A DNA stretch of 44,583 nt. Origin: Chiloscyllium plagiosum (Eukaryota). Position 1 is the stretch's first letter. Each line of letters starts with the position of its first letter. The stretch is taken from NCBI RefSeq assembly GCF_004010195.1, contig NC_057718.1, forward strand, positions 28,627,071 through 28,671,653. Direction: 5' to 3'. Below, piece by piece: positions 13,401-28,400 of the stretch. A program made the translations under genes and the position numbers. The notes beneath the pieces were generated by a model that had not been told where the DNA came from, searched no databases, and was given only the letters and a program-made list of their open reading frames with translations.

Positions 13401-16400
13401 GAGAAAGGACAACATTTCAGTCTGCATTACCTAATCAGTTCACAGCTGGTCGAAGATGCATCTATAGTTCAGGTTACCTGATTGAGGGAAGAACTGATCG
13501 ATACTTTATTTTTACCCCAGAAGCAACGACGCTGCAGGACCATATAAGTGAGTATGGATCAAAATTACCTTCAGCTAGTTGATGCTGTTAGGGAGTTACT
13601 GTTAGAACACTGCAGTTAGCCTGACTGCCTAAAAAGAGATGAAAAGCTGAATCATTCAGAGTTTCAGTTCCTGACTAACTCTGAGTGATCACTGGAAGTA
13701 AATTATTTTCTGGTTGACAGATGATGAGAGATTTGGGATTAACTCTTGCTCTTTGTTTCTTATAACCTGGAAACCGCAGAGTTCCTTCCCTCCATTTGGA
13801 TTCAATGCCCTCCAAAATCCTCCCTTTCAAACACTCACTATTAATGATTGATTTTACCTCCTATTCCTGTCTACTCTTTTGAGACTTGGTGGTGTGTTGT
13901 GCTATGAAAAGTAACTAATGTTGTTACTTTTTTCCGAAACTTAAAATCTCCAAAACTACACAAGTGGGGAGACAGAGAATATTTGATTCTTGCATTGTGC
14001 AAGAAAATCTAAATGGCAAAGGCTTCCTGAGCACAAAATTCAAAGCAAGGGGAAATTGACTTTTTAAAAAATTATTTTTGATTCTGTCTTAAATATTTCT
14101 AGACAGCCAACTCAAAACTGATCAGCTAACTGTCCTTTCAGTCATATAAATACACAACTCTTCAGAAACTGGATTTTAGGCAAAATCATGTGCAGTTCAA
14201 CTTCAAATATATTAACGACATGTTATCACAAAAGAACAGCAGAGATCTGATTGATTTAGATTGAGTATAATCTGGTTATATTCACACTTAGAATTATCCC
14301 AGATCATTTCACTGCTTCATAAGTTGCCAACCTGACACAGATGTTAAAGTTTGCTTCAATGTGTGTGATTACAGGGAGATTTATAACATGTCTTTCTATA
14401 CCTGGAGTAAGGTTTTGTTTTACTCTGAATGCTATCCCCTTTAGAAAAAAAACCCTTCCCCGTACAACTGTTGCCTGCTCTAGTTCCAGTATATCTGCTG
14501 ACTAATATTTGGAGTAGCTGTGCAGTATGTTGCAATTATTTTCATTATTTCTACCTGTGTCACCAATTATGACCATTAGCAACCAGGTAGCAATTGAAGT
14601 TTAGGTTAGTCTGATAACTTTCATTAGTCAGACATGACATTTAGGAGTTATTAAGATGGACATTAAATGGACGTTCAACTATTTGGAAACATGTATTTTC
14701 CGTATATGGAGTAACAGTTTCAATATTTACAAACAATAAATGATTTTCCTTACTGTCATTAAATAATTCCAAGCAGTGAGTAGAATCTTCCAGACCCTGA
14801 AATAGTGGACCCATGGTAGTCAGCCTCGACCTGCCTTGGCTGCAATTATTTCAGCTCCAGGTGGGATGAGAAAGCGTGGATCCACCCATCTAGCTAACCA
14901 TTATGAACAGGTTGTCACTTGGCATGCAAGTGTTCTTTAATGTGTTCAAAGTTTGTGAGAAGATTTGTAGCTCGGGTGCTCGTTGTTGTGGTTCTGTTCG
15001 CTGAGCTGGGAATTTGTGTTGTAGATATTTCATCCCCTGTCTAGGTGACATCCTCAGTGCTTGGGAGCCTCCTGTGAAGCAGTTCCAGCCGTTCGGAGAA
15101 TTCACCACAAAGGTATACAGGAAAGGCACACACACAGACCAAGTCCTGAACTATGAAAGCAATCACCCCAACACACACAAAAGAAGTTGCATCAAGACAC
15201 TATTCAAAAGGGCCACAACACACTGCAGTACACCAGAACTGCAAAATGAGGAAGAAGAACACTTATACAATGTATTCGCCAAAAACGGATACCCCCGCAA
15301 TTTCATCAACAGATGCCTAAGGGAAAGTCACCGGAACGAGGACATGCCGCAACCCAAAGGACTAGCCACACTACCATACATCAAGAGCATTTCCGAACTG
15401 ACAGCCAGACTACTGCGACCACTAGGACTCATAACAGCACACAAACCAACAGCCACTCTCAGACAACAACTCACCAGAACGAAGGACCCGATACCCAGAG
15501 AACAGCCAGGGAATTCCTAGAGGCATGGCACTCATCCACAGATTCAATCAATAAGCACATCGACCTGGACCCAATATACCGACCACTGCAATGAACAGCT
15601 GGAACTGACAACCAGAAGCAGCAGATTCAAACCACTATAAATGCCGGAGGAAAGATCACAGAAGCGTGTCACAGGAGGCTCCCAAGCACTGATGTCACCT
15701 AGACAGGGGACGAAATGTCTGCAACACAAATTCCCATTTCTTTAATGTGCACTAATCTGCGCACAACTGAGGGACTGAATCTCAGATAGGGATAATGGCC
15801 ATGAAAGGCCAATCCCTGCCCCACTGTTCCAAAGCCAAAATCCACCCCCCACCCTGCTCCATAAGCAACACTCACCTTTCCCACCAGCAAACCTCCATCC
15901 CAGGAGTCCGGAAAGTACTTTAGCAGCAGTAGCCACAGCACTGCCAATTTCTGGAGCTGATGGCCTCTGATTTTGGTGGCCAGATCTTCTTTGTCCCAGG
16001 TCTTAACTCCAGTAGAAGGCCCACCAACAAGCCATCAGGTTCCTGATTACCAAAGATCCATCTTCGCAGGCTTCCCTCCTCCAAGTATTCCTGCTTTCTC
16101 GAAAACCAAGAAGATCCTGGTCCGAGTAATCTAAATTTTGGCTCTAGGAGGATGCTGCAATTTGAAAACTTTCACAGTCACGTTTCAATTGTGGAATACT
16201 GAGCTTTGATTATAAGAAATATCCAAACAGCTAAACTTTTGTTGACTTCAGCTAATGAACCTTTCTCTCTATAAGAGAGACATAATGGCCTTGGCGATTG
16301 CACAATTAAACTTTATCAATATTTATAAGACTTATTGTATTTTGTTGAGTGTTATTTTTAAATGAGAAGGTAACATGGATGACCTGAAGAAGGTCTTATG

Positions 16401-19400
16401 TTCAATGGAATTAAGGAGGACCAAGGATTTGCCGCCAGTGCTAATATTTATTTTGTTTCCATTACTGGGATGGTATCTAGTATTCCAAATTGTCAACTCC
16501 CGCCTTCCCTAAAAACAAGACGCAAAGTTTATCGCTGCAGAGCTTCTTGGGTAATACTTTGTATTTCATCTTTCTCTGTAATAATCCAAATGCTTTGACT
16601 TGTAATCATAATGCCTGTACTATTTATTAACAGAAGGAGATTTGGAACCTTTTGAATGGTGTTGCACAAAATCTTCCTTATGCAATTTGTATTATGCGAA
16701 ACGGCCTATTGATAAGTGTGAGAATTATACTTCATTGGGTTTAGGTAAGCAATAATATCTTGCATATGACTTGTGGCTAGTTGTGTTGAGAGTTGTGTTT
16801 AATTAAATCAGATTCAGTGTTTTGCAAATGTTATTTCCTTTTTGCCAATTGTTTCCTTTTACAATAATTCATTGAGTTCCAACTGAGAGAGCAATGGGTA
16901 AGTCAAAGAGCTGTTAGTCACTAATACCATAATCACCCTGAAGAGTTCTGAAACTGCAAAACAACCGTCTCCCTTAGGAAAGTAGAATAATTAATTTATT
17001 GCATTCAACCTCATGAACAGCTTTAACACATCCACCCAATCATGGAAATCAAATTGAATGCATTAGTAGTTGTAAGGTACAGACTCAGACCCCTCAGCAG
17101 GAGTTATCATAAAACAAGCCAGCAAGCAGGCAGCAAAATCAATGTTTTGGTTCCCATTGATGTGTTTTTCTCTCTATACTCTTCCCTTATAACCCTTCCT
17201 GATTAAATGGATTGATGCATGGCATCTTGAATAGCCATTCTTCATGAATGAGGTGGGAGAGTGTTGATTGACTATGTCAGTAATGGGATAATCGTGGGAA
17301 TAACGTGGATATCTCCACTTATTCTTTCAATAGTGTGCATGTTTCAACAGGACCCACTGCATTGGCATCAGGAGCAAGGGTCCTACTTGATTTCATTTCA
17401 TTTCATTAGCCCTGAGACCAAATGTCAACACTCATATTTACCCAGGTAATTTCAGCCAACCCAGTCTAGACTACAGATAAACACAGGCCGATTAAAAACA
17501 TAATTTATCTTTTAAATGTCAAAGTATGTAATATATGGATAAATACTTGTAAAAAATTGCTTATTATTAAGGTCAAGTCTATGGAACGCTGCATATGAAA
17601 ACATTTGATGGAGTTGATTACATATTTCATGGACTTGGTGAATACGTCATTGTCAGGCTGTCATCAACCAAAGGACATAACATATTTACTCTTCAAGGGC
17701 AAAGTTACCTAACAATCAGGAACAACACCTTTATAAACATAGTGGCCTTTGTAAAGTTTGCTGCATTTTATCAGGGGATGGTAAGGATGAAAGTAAGTAC
17801 TTCATTCTCAGAATTAAAAAGTTTAAAATACTTTTTTTTGAAGCAGTCACCAACAGTGTTGCTATCTTCAGTCTTAAACTAAAGACGGACCTTTTCTCAT
17901 TTCAATCAGGTAGAATGGGGATGCTCCAAGTCTGGAAAGGAACTTTCTGTTACAGTAAATGATAAAGATATCAGATTGCACAAAGGTGAAGATTTAGGTG
18001 AGAATTTGTAAAAAGCCCAATGAAAGTGTTACAAGTGCTGATCTATTAAATATCTATTTCTGCTCAAAGACATTAATTGTAAATATCATATCTCAACAAG
18101 TCAAAACTGTAATATTATTGTAAATACACATTGACAGACTTGTAAAGAAATACATTTTTACAACAATATACCTCAGATAAGAAATTGGGCTCATCATCAG
18201 TTACTTTTGGGTGTTACTAATGCTGCTTGAGCTCCAACATGGTATTATTGGCACATACACATTTCTGTGACAAATTAAGGATATATTGGGCTAAATCCTT
18301 CAGACTTTGAAAACTTTCAGCAGGCCAGACCAATTTTAGGTCCCAGGCTTGTTGGTGACAATAATCTACCTTTGAGGGTAATTTTTCAGGAGGAGCCCAA
18401 TTAAAGTGCCACTTCTGGCAATGCCATCCAATTTGGCACAGTGACCAGGTTGTGAAGGCAAGAGAGTAAATCAGTGTCTGAGACGACAAGACTGGCTGAC
18501 ATCCTTCACCGTGAACTTAGGCAGAGTGCCATTGGTGTGCCTGGCATGTGAGAGGGCTGGGCAAAATGGAGGAGTGAAGGGACTAGCCATAAGATGCAAG
18601 ATCAACAATTGGCCATTCACATCACTGAGTCTGCTCTGCCACTGAATGATGGCTGATCTGATTATCCTCAACTCCATTTTCCTGTCTTTTCCCAAAAACT
18701 CTTGATTCCCTTAATGCCTTAAAAGCTGTCCATGTCATCCTTGAATATTCTTAATCTTGACAGCCTTCACTTGGTAAAGAAATCCACAATTCCCAATTCT
18801 CTGAGAGATGAAATTTCCCCTCATCTCTGTCTTCAATGTGCAATCCATTTTCCAAGTAGGTTTACAAGAATGATAGACTTTAGGAATTAAGTTATGAGGA
18901 GAGATTACACAAATTAGGCCCATTTTCTCTCAAATTTAGAACCTAAGGGGTGATCAAACTCTTTAAGACATTAAAGGAAAAATCAAGGTAGATGAGGATA
19001 AACTATCTCCACTGGTTGGGATTTCTAGAAGTAGGAGCTTAGTCTGAGAATTGGAGCCAGACCATCCGGGAGAGATGTTAGAAAGCACTTCTACACACAA
19101 AGTTTGGTAGATGTTTGGAATTCTTTCCCACAAACAGCAGTGGATGCAGGATCAGGGATTGTTAATTTTAAATCATGTAATTGATTAAATTTTTCTTAAG
19201 CAAAGGTATTAAGGGATATGAGCCAAAGGCAGGTGTACAGAGTTAGCCACGGATCAGTCTTGATCTCATTGAATGTTGGAACAGGCTTGAGGGGCTGAAT
19301 GGCTTACTCCTGTTCCTGTGCTTCTAAGTATAAGTGGATGGCTTTTAGATGATTTGGAGCTATGGACTGTGCATAATGGAAGGTTAGCTGGCAATAATAC

Positions 19401-22400
19401 CTGCTTTGTCCATAGGTTTGTGATCAGTAATTGATGACAGAGACTTTCTGTCTGCCAACAACGATGTGATTGGTTCCCAGGCAGCTGAACAATTTGGGGC
19501 TGTAAACTAAGTAGTGAAAATCCAACATAACTTGCAGGAGGTGGCTTGTTGTAGTTACAAGAGATTACAGTCCAATCTGTTTGAAGTTTCTTTGACATCT
19601 GTCGGTGTTACATCCCATTGGTTCCATGCAGTTTTATTTATATCTGCAGTTATTGTCTCTTTGCAATCATCTTTTGACAAAGGGTTAAAAATATCCACAG
19701 TTATTTTATGTTCTGACACCTATGGTCATGATATTTTAAATGGTGCAAGCCATTCATGTTGTTTGCCTTCTGCTGATGCTTACAGCCAATCAACAGGGCA
19801 GATCCCATTGGCTGAAGGCAAAGATCATTCAAATGATCAGAAAGCATGTGACTGATGTTACCTGCACTCCAGTCAACAAGTAGTTGCTAATTGCTGCTTA
19901 CAATCTTTACAGTGTGCATTGTAGCCTTCAATATATCTAACATGAGGGTGGTCTATACATCCCACCTGCATACATGTAACGCCAGTCTGAATTATATAGT
20001 ATAAATTAATCTGGTGTATTATAGATCTTACATTATTCACTTAATAATTTGTCATTGTAATGTGTATTTACAAAACCTATTCCATTACATCTTGCGTACG
20101 TCTTCATTAAAAAGCCATTGAATTGAAGATTCAGTCATTTGCCATTTTCATCAACTTCTGATAACAAGATTTGATACCTACAGTTTAGATGAGTTTTTGT
20201 AAATGTCCCTTTCCTTTTTTTTCACAGAAGTATACCATTTCAGTCATAACCAGTTGGCCCTGGTGTGTAAAAAGGGGACAAGATGCTCTGCAGTTTATTT
20301 TTCAGGACTACAGGTTACAGTGGAGATTGGCATAGGTGGCTTCCTCCAGGCAACAGTCCATTTGCCACATTCCTTCTACAACAGAACTCTTGGCCTCCTT
20401 GGTTTGTGGAGCAGTACATCAGCAGATGACCTTTTATTTCCAAATGGAGATCAACTAAAGTTCCAAGCTGGCAGTTTTCCAACTGAAGCGGAAATATATA
20501 AGTTTCAACAATCCTGTAGGTCTTTGTAGTCATTATAATAGAGATTACAAACTTTAGTCTTATTTCACTTTAGACACCTCAATGTCCCACATGTCTGTTT
20601 CATGGGCATCAGCATCATATTGTAGCTCATTCAAATAGGCATTGCTTTTGTGTGACCCTGAACAGTAAAAGTAAGAAAGCTATTGATGGTGTACAATACT
20701 GAGCCAAACTCAGTCTTAGGGTCATAGAGTCTCAACAGTGCAGAATGAGGCTATTAAGTCTATCGAGTCGGCACCAACCCTCTCAACAGAATCCCACCCT
20801 ATCCTTATACCCTGCGTTTACCATGACTAATCCACCCAATTCCATCCTTGCCTCAGTTCATCTGTTACCATGCCTTTGAACCTCTCTGTATAACTACTTT
20901 GAAGTACTCCTAGCCAGACTTATCTTCCATCCACCATAAATTTAAACTCGTCCTAAACTTTGCTGCCTGAAGCTTTCTTTTACCAAACCCTGTTAGCCCA
21001 TCACCCTGACCCACAATGGATTCTGGTTAAGCAGCTTATTGATTTTAAATTCCCATCCTTGTTTCCAAATCTATCCATATTTTTTCCCATGCTGTATGTC
21101 TGTAACTGTCACTAAACCTAAACTCTTTGAGATATCTTCACCCATCTGATTCTTATAACTTGAGCATCCTGGATTTTAATGGCTTCAACACTGGTGCGCT
21201 TGTTTTCTACTTAAAACCTACTGATTGACTAAAAGCTTTGGTCATCTACCCCAATATCTCCTCCTGTGACTCAGCATCAGATTTTAGTAATTTCCCGGTG
21301 AAGTACCTTAAGAAGTATTACTCTGTTAAAGGTGTCATTATCAATAATTCACCTATGCTTTTGATCCATCTCTTTCTTCCCAGTTCCAACCAACAATTCT
21401 TACTAAAATGCATCAGCATCTTCGTTTATGCAATTTTAGCATTTTATTTAATTAAAGAACAATACTTTACATGTAAATTAAACTACCTTAGTTTCCCACC
21501 ATCATACAGTGTCTACGGTTAAGGATTTTGGGAAGATTAATTTCTTTTCAACCCTCTGACTACATGGCTTTGAAATGACCTACAAAGCACCGTCAGGATG
21601 TTTCACCATCTCTCCTGCATAAACCCACAATTCCCCAAAACCACACAGATGAAGACGTACTCTGGAAGAATTGCGGGCACCTCTGTGTTGATGCTGACAT
21701 CCCATATATGATGCTGACATGCTGACCCTGCAAAGTTTAAATAGATTGGTATTACACATAATAGGGTTTGCTTTAAAAGGAAATCTAATTGAAATTAGAA
21801 AATGAAAGCTTAAAAGTGTAGGATCTAAAACCAGTCTTAAGTTCCAGAAAAGCCATGATTAATTTTAGGTTTGGTCATGATGAATTTAATTAATCAGAAC
21901 TTAGGTAATATTTACACATGTACATTCATTCATGAATTGACAAATTTATTTCAAATTTAGTTGACATAAACTTCTGAACTTGCAGTTTGAAAGTTATGCA
22001 AAGTGAATGGAATCATCTGAACAACTCTTGTTTCATACAAGGAGCTTTGGTGCACAAAGTTGTAAATTTTCACAAATTTTAAAGTAACAGCTACAGTGTT
22101 GATGGGACTGAAGATAATGTAAAGCTTACATGTTTTCAGAATAGATTCAAGCATCTTTGTAAAGGCTGTGGGCTGGATATTACATGCACCCACCAAATGT
22201 GCTTCCAATGTGGACAAGTAAAATGGCCAACCCATCACCATCCCATCCAATCCCTAGCTCACCTCCATGTATCTGGGGCTAGGCAGATACTGAAATTGGC
22301 AGACCACCAACCATATATGTGTAAATAATTAAAGGTCATAGAGTCATAAAACATGGAGATAGACCCTTTGGTCGAACCCATCCACATCAACCAGCTTTCC

Positions 22401-25400
22401 CAAACTAAACTATTCCCATTTACCTGCAATGGCCCATTTCCCTCTAAACCTTTCCTATTCATGAGCCTGTCCAAATGTTCTTTAAATGTTTTAAGTGTGC
22501 ATCTATCTATGAACTTGTTAAACACTCAGTTGATCTAAATATATCCTCCCTGTGCCATATACCAGTTGACATTGATAGCTGGACAGGAATGTGCAGTCCA
22601 TTTCTTTCTAAGGTTTTAAAGTGGTGAGTGAGAAAGTGAGGTATTAGATTTGGACAGTGTGATTTGCCCATCAAAGTCAATTCCCAAAGAGATGGTGGCT
22701 ACCCTTACTTCCCATCACCTACACTTCAACACCTAAGACTCCAAGCCCCTTGCCATCCTTTGTAAGGTGGAAAACATTCCCCACCCAATACCTCCTGCTT
22801 TCCTGAGACCAGGCTTTCATTACACCTTCATTGTGGCCTGCTCCCATTGTAGGCAACACCTCCAACTGAGCTCTGGATGAGTTTTACTAGGATGAGTGGA
22901 TGTGCTGACCTATCAAGTTAGCCAGCAGCTCCAGAGGGTTTCTCTCTCCTCACTGAGGGACAGAGGTCTAACTCTTCAGTACAGTATGGTAGTGGCCCAG
23001 GCTTCATTTTGGTCCATTCACTCACTGCCATTCTTTTCTTCTGCAGTCCCCATATTTTTAAATGTTATAAGTTTATCTCTGCACCCACAGTAAAGCAGGA
23101 TATGCCTATTAGGTAATAACTGTTAAGTAAGAGAAAATTAGATCTATAATATTGGTATAGGAATTTTCAAAAAGTTCTCACTGTCTTGAACTGAGAGAAG
23201 GTAATTTCACCTGAATTGTAATCAAATTTGTCTCTGCTACATTTTAGTTTATAAAAGATAACATATATGATGTTTAAGATGCAGTAATCATTTTTAAATA
23301 GTATCCTAGATAATAAAATTATTGAATTAATTACTGGGTAAAGCCTTTTGTAAGGAGTGGTACAAATGGATAAGAGAAACATGGTGGTGGATCTGACAAA
23401 AATATGGGCTATAAATTCTGACTTTTCCAGCAAGGCTCACATTGTATGTGAGAATTTTTTTTAAATTAAGGAATATTGTTAGAGGGCTGATGGGTTGAGG
23501 TATTCTCTAGATAAAGTACTAATAGGTTTTCTTGTGGTCCAAAAAAAGTCACCATTTCCTTCTCATAAGATAAAGAATGTGCATTTTTAGGACATTAGGT
23601 TAGTACATCTTTTTTTGAATTTTGCTTCCTTTCACTGTCATCAGTGTAAAGAGGATTTGTAAAAGTGTGGAGAATAAACCATGAATAAATAAATGTTAAC
23701 AAGTTGTTAAAATTTGTTGTTACAAGCCATTAATGCTGCAAAGGTTACCTCATTCAACAGCAAAGGGCTTTCCATACAAAATCCCTGGAAGAAGTAATTT
23801 TGATTTTTTTTTAAGTAGGAAAGGATAGAGATACAACCATCGCACATCAGAAAAGTTTCTATTTCTATTCAGAATCAAACACCTGTGATGCAGGCACGAC
23901 TATAGACATAGGGGAGGTTAGCCAAAAGCTACACTGTACATCATAGAGTAAATGGGAATAAATAGAAGAAAGGTAGTGGATAGGGGAGAAATTGTATAAG
24001 AGATTCAAAAATGTAAAAGATAGATAGCTTTCAGAATCCTAATTAAACATTATATTCCATGGTGGGTGAACAGCAGAATCGGACAGAGAGTAGCCCAAAT
24101 CTATGGTTCAGGTTGGAACCAATTACGGTTGAGGTCAAAGGAAGTGAAAATCAGAACAGCTGAAGATTCACCACTGCCCATTTTACATTATTACTCAAAG
24201 CCAAAAATTGTAGTTGATAATTTCTATCCATCTGTGTTTCAGGAAGATATTTAGCCCATCATACAAGGTGTCTAATGAACATACCAACATATGAAATAGG
24301 AATCAGAGGTAGACCACTTGGTTCTTTAAGCCTGCTCCATCAATCAATAAGATCATGGCTGGTCTATTTGTGTTTCTGAACTCCACATTCTCAACTTCCC
24401 TGAGAACCATTGATTCTCCTTTCTAACAAGAATTTACCCACCTCTGACTTAAACTTATTCAATGGTCTTCCTCCACCACCTTCTAAGCAAGAGAATTCCA
24501 TAGTCTTAATTTCAACATAGTAAAGATGCAAAAGGGTGAAATATCTTAATAGAAACAATAAAGCCTCTGATGTATATGAAGAAAGATTGCTTTTAACTTC
24601 TTTCTGGCACTGTACATTTCAGGGCAGGTACCACCTCCGGAAAGTCTTTTCCTTTCACATCAGCCAATGGAAAATTGGAGAACAATTAGGCCAATCTTCA
24701 CATCAGTACTCCTTGCATCTGCAGATAATAAAACACTAAACAATATCAACAGGACATGTTCTGGCAACGCTGCATGCATTCATGATATCCTAGTTACTAA
24801 TGATACAAACATTGGATTGCAAACTAAAGATTACTACATGAAGTATGAGAAATCTGCAGTGACTTTTGGTAAGTACGTTATCATTTAGGTAGATGTTGTA
24901 TAATGAATAAATGCTGTCACTGGCAAGACCTTTACAAAATATTCTGAATAAGATTAATTTTAGACATCTTTAGCAGAATTTTGTTTTGGGAATGTATTTC
25001 AAAGTGACAGTGAAGAAATCTGAAGGGTTGACTCTCTGAATATATTTAGCAATATTAGAACATTTTGTAATGTGTATTTGACTTTATGGTTCAGACAAAG
25101 CTAGTTTAATCACATGATGTCTTGTTTAGTTCATTCAATAGGGATTTGCTGTAACTCTGTTCAATTGTACTGTATTACAACAGTATTACCTTCTTAAATC
25201 ATACATTGATTAAGGTGAGAAAATTGTGAAATTGATACATTGGTTATACACAGTGAGAAATATACTAAGAGGAACAATTTTACTCAATTTACATTTAGAG
25301 TCATAGAGATGTACAGCACGGAAACAGACTCTTCGGTCCAACACATCAATGCCGACCAGATATCCCAATCTAATCATCCCAACTGCCAGCACCCAGCCCA

Positions 25401-28400
25401 TATCTCTCGAAACCCTTCCTATTCATATACCCATCCAGATGCCTTTTAAATGTTGCAATTGTACCAGCCTCCACCACTTCCTTTGGCAGCTCATTCCATA
25501 CACGTACCACCCTCTGTGTGAAAAAGTTGGCCGTTAGGTCCCTTTTATATTTTTTCCCTGTCATCCTAACCCTATACCCTCTAGTTCTGGACTACCCCAC
25601 CCTAGGGAAAAGACTTTGTCTATTTACCCTATCCATGCCCCTCATGATTTTATAAACCTCTATAAGGTCACCCCTGAACCTCCGACACTCCAGGGATAAC
25701 AGTTCCAGCTTATTCAGCCTCTCCCTATAGCTCAAATCCTCCAGCCCTTGCAACATCCTTGTAAATGTTTTCTGGAAATCTTTCAAGTTTCACAACATCC
25801 TTCTGTAGTTACAAGAGTTAACTGTTTAGTATAATGTGAGTCCTTTAGGTTGTGTTGAATTGATACTCTATCTGTTTGTTATTTTTAGGAAACATGCCTC
25901 CAACATTTATTGGCCCGTTGTTAATTCGGGTTAAAGTTAATACTACAACAAGGGTTCAATTTACAGCTAAAGACCTCAACAAAGATAAAATCAACTTTGC
26001 ACTTGTACCACCTACTCCTCAAGGAGCAACAATAAACCCAGGTTGGTAATTATTCATGAAAATCTTTGTGAGTCAGAACTCAATCATTTTATCATGTGGA
26101 AGTGAACTTATAACTTATCACCCTTTTTCACGTTGTCCCATCATTACTTCCGGTCACTCAATGTCCTGCCTTTCATTTCTTCCCCATTGGGTACTTCTTA
26201 TCTTCCTTTCCTATTAATTAGCCACCTCTCACTATTCCTACTGTCTTATCTTCTGCCACCAACTCAGATTTCAACATCCTTTTGATAACTCCACTGTTTA
26301 TCTCTATCCCTTTCTTGGCCTTCTCCAAAAAATCCATTGAGTTACTTCCCCACCATTGCTGCCTTTTTATTGCAGCAAACCTAACTTTCCATTTTCCTGT
26401 CTCACAGAGCTCAGAGAGCACACCAGCAATCGTACTTACCATCCTTCATCCTATTCTACCCATTACTGCTCTCTCAAACTCTGCCAGAAGATCATTCCTT
26501 TACAATTGCCTCTGCAATGACCACTCTTTAACATGGTCCTTACAACACACATCATTATTGTAGACAATTCTGCTGACATCACGACTAAGAATAAGGACAT
26601 GGTTTGCAGGTAGCAATAACTTGACATTACTAAAGCTTTATTGCCTGGCTGTATTTTCACTCACTTATTACACACAAACTGTTGGCATTGGGGCCTTTAT
26701 TACCAAACTGCGCTTTAAAGTCTGATCCTAGACATCTTATTGAAAAACCTCCATTTGTTGCAGCTCTCTTGCCTCTCCCTAAATCCCTCATTCACAATTC
26801 CACACCCCACACATGACTAAACCTATCCAAAGTTTCTCACTGAAACATTTCCACACTTCTGCTCTTCAATGCCCTTTCGTCCAATTTCAATCTCAACTCA
26901 CTTTGCTCACCCTCTTCTGTCTTTCCTTCTTTCTGTCCTTCCTAAACATCTCACTCATAGTAACTTTCTTCCTCCACACATTGAGGATTTCCACTTTATC
27001 TTGCTAGCTCAGGTGACCTCTTTGCTTCAATAGTCTGTGTTATAGATAAGCAGATTTCTGATTATTTCCTTGTATCCCTTAATTTCCACATCACTTTACC
27101 AACCCACACCCCTTTCATTTGCAACAGATATTGAAAAACAAACTTGCTCTACAGTGAGTTCTAAAATCTGGCATGAATCCATCCTTGCCCTATATTTCTT
27201 GTCATTCTGCCTCTACATGCTGTACCTGGGTTCCATCATCCAAACTCATGGAGTCAGATTCCATATGCATGCTGATCATGCGTCATCTCTCTCCATCCAT
27301 CAATCACTTTTGTGCCCTCATACTGCTTGTCCAGTCATGGGTGAGATGCAACTTCCTGTGGTCAAACATTGTGAAGATTAAAGACATTATCTTGAGCCTT
27401 TACCACAAACTCCATATTTGAGTTACCAATTTCGTCATCCTCCCCAGCAACATTTTGGTTTGAACCAGTTAGTTCACAACCTCAGCACTGGTATTTGACC
27501 TCGAGCTGAGCATCTGAACCTATTTTCTCTCCATCATAAAAGCTGCCTATTCAAACTCTGTAGTTTGCATGCCTCCAACATGAACACAGCACAACTGCTG
27601 TAGAAATTCTCTTCCATATCTTTGATTTGTCAAGACCTGCCTCTTATGCTTCATGCTCCATCAACTATAGTTCATCCAAAATTCTGTCTGTATCCTATTC
27701 ATCACTACCTCTTGTTCACCCCTCACTGTTGGTTGTCCAATTTAGAATTCTTATAAATTCCCTCTCATTGCCCCTTTCTGCCTTGTAACCTCTGTGCTCC
27801 TTAACAACAGTCCCCTCCCTGCCATGGCTAACCCCTCTCCTCCCACCCCAGAACTTTGTTTTAGCTAACCGTATTATTCATTGCAAATATGAGTTTTCAT
27901 GGTTCTCATTGTTCTTATATTGATGCACATCAAAATCTAATTCTATTGCCATTATTGGTGCAAATCTTACCATTTTACTCAATGGCGTTTCTCTGGAAAT
28001 ATGGAAAATGTCACTGCATAGTAATGGTTTCTTAGGATGTGTGTTGTGAGCATTCCTGGGGAAGTTTAATACGTATTTAGCCTATATTTGTCTTTGATAT
28101 TTATGACTTGTCAATGCATGATCTAATCACTGGGAAAGCATTCTGCTGTCTTGAACTAACATTCATCATGTTGTTATCTACGGAATAAAATAGACTATAA
28201 ATGAAGAGTGGTTTGATAAAGTGCCATGTCAAACAATTATGAAAATTCAGGCATACTGGACAGTATTCTTGATAGCTGAACCTACTACAGCTTCTTCCTT
28301 GTGCTGAGCTCCATCTCTCTCTTTCTCTCTCTCTCTCCCTCTCACTCTCCATTTCCACTGTGACCACTACTATTTAACCCACATTAAACACTGTAAGTTT

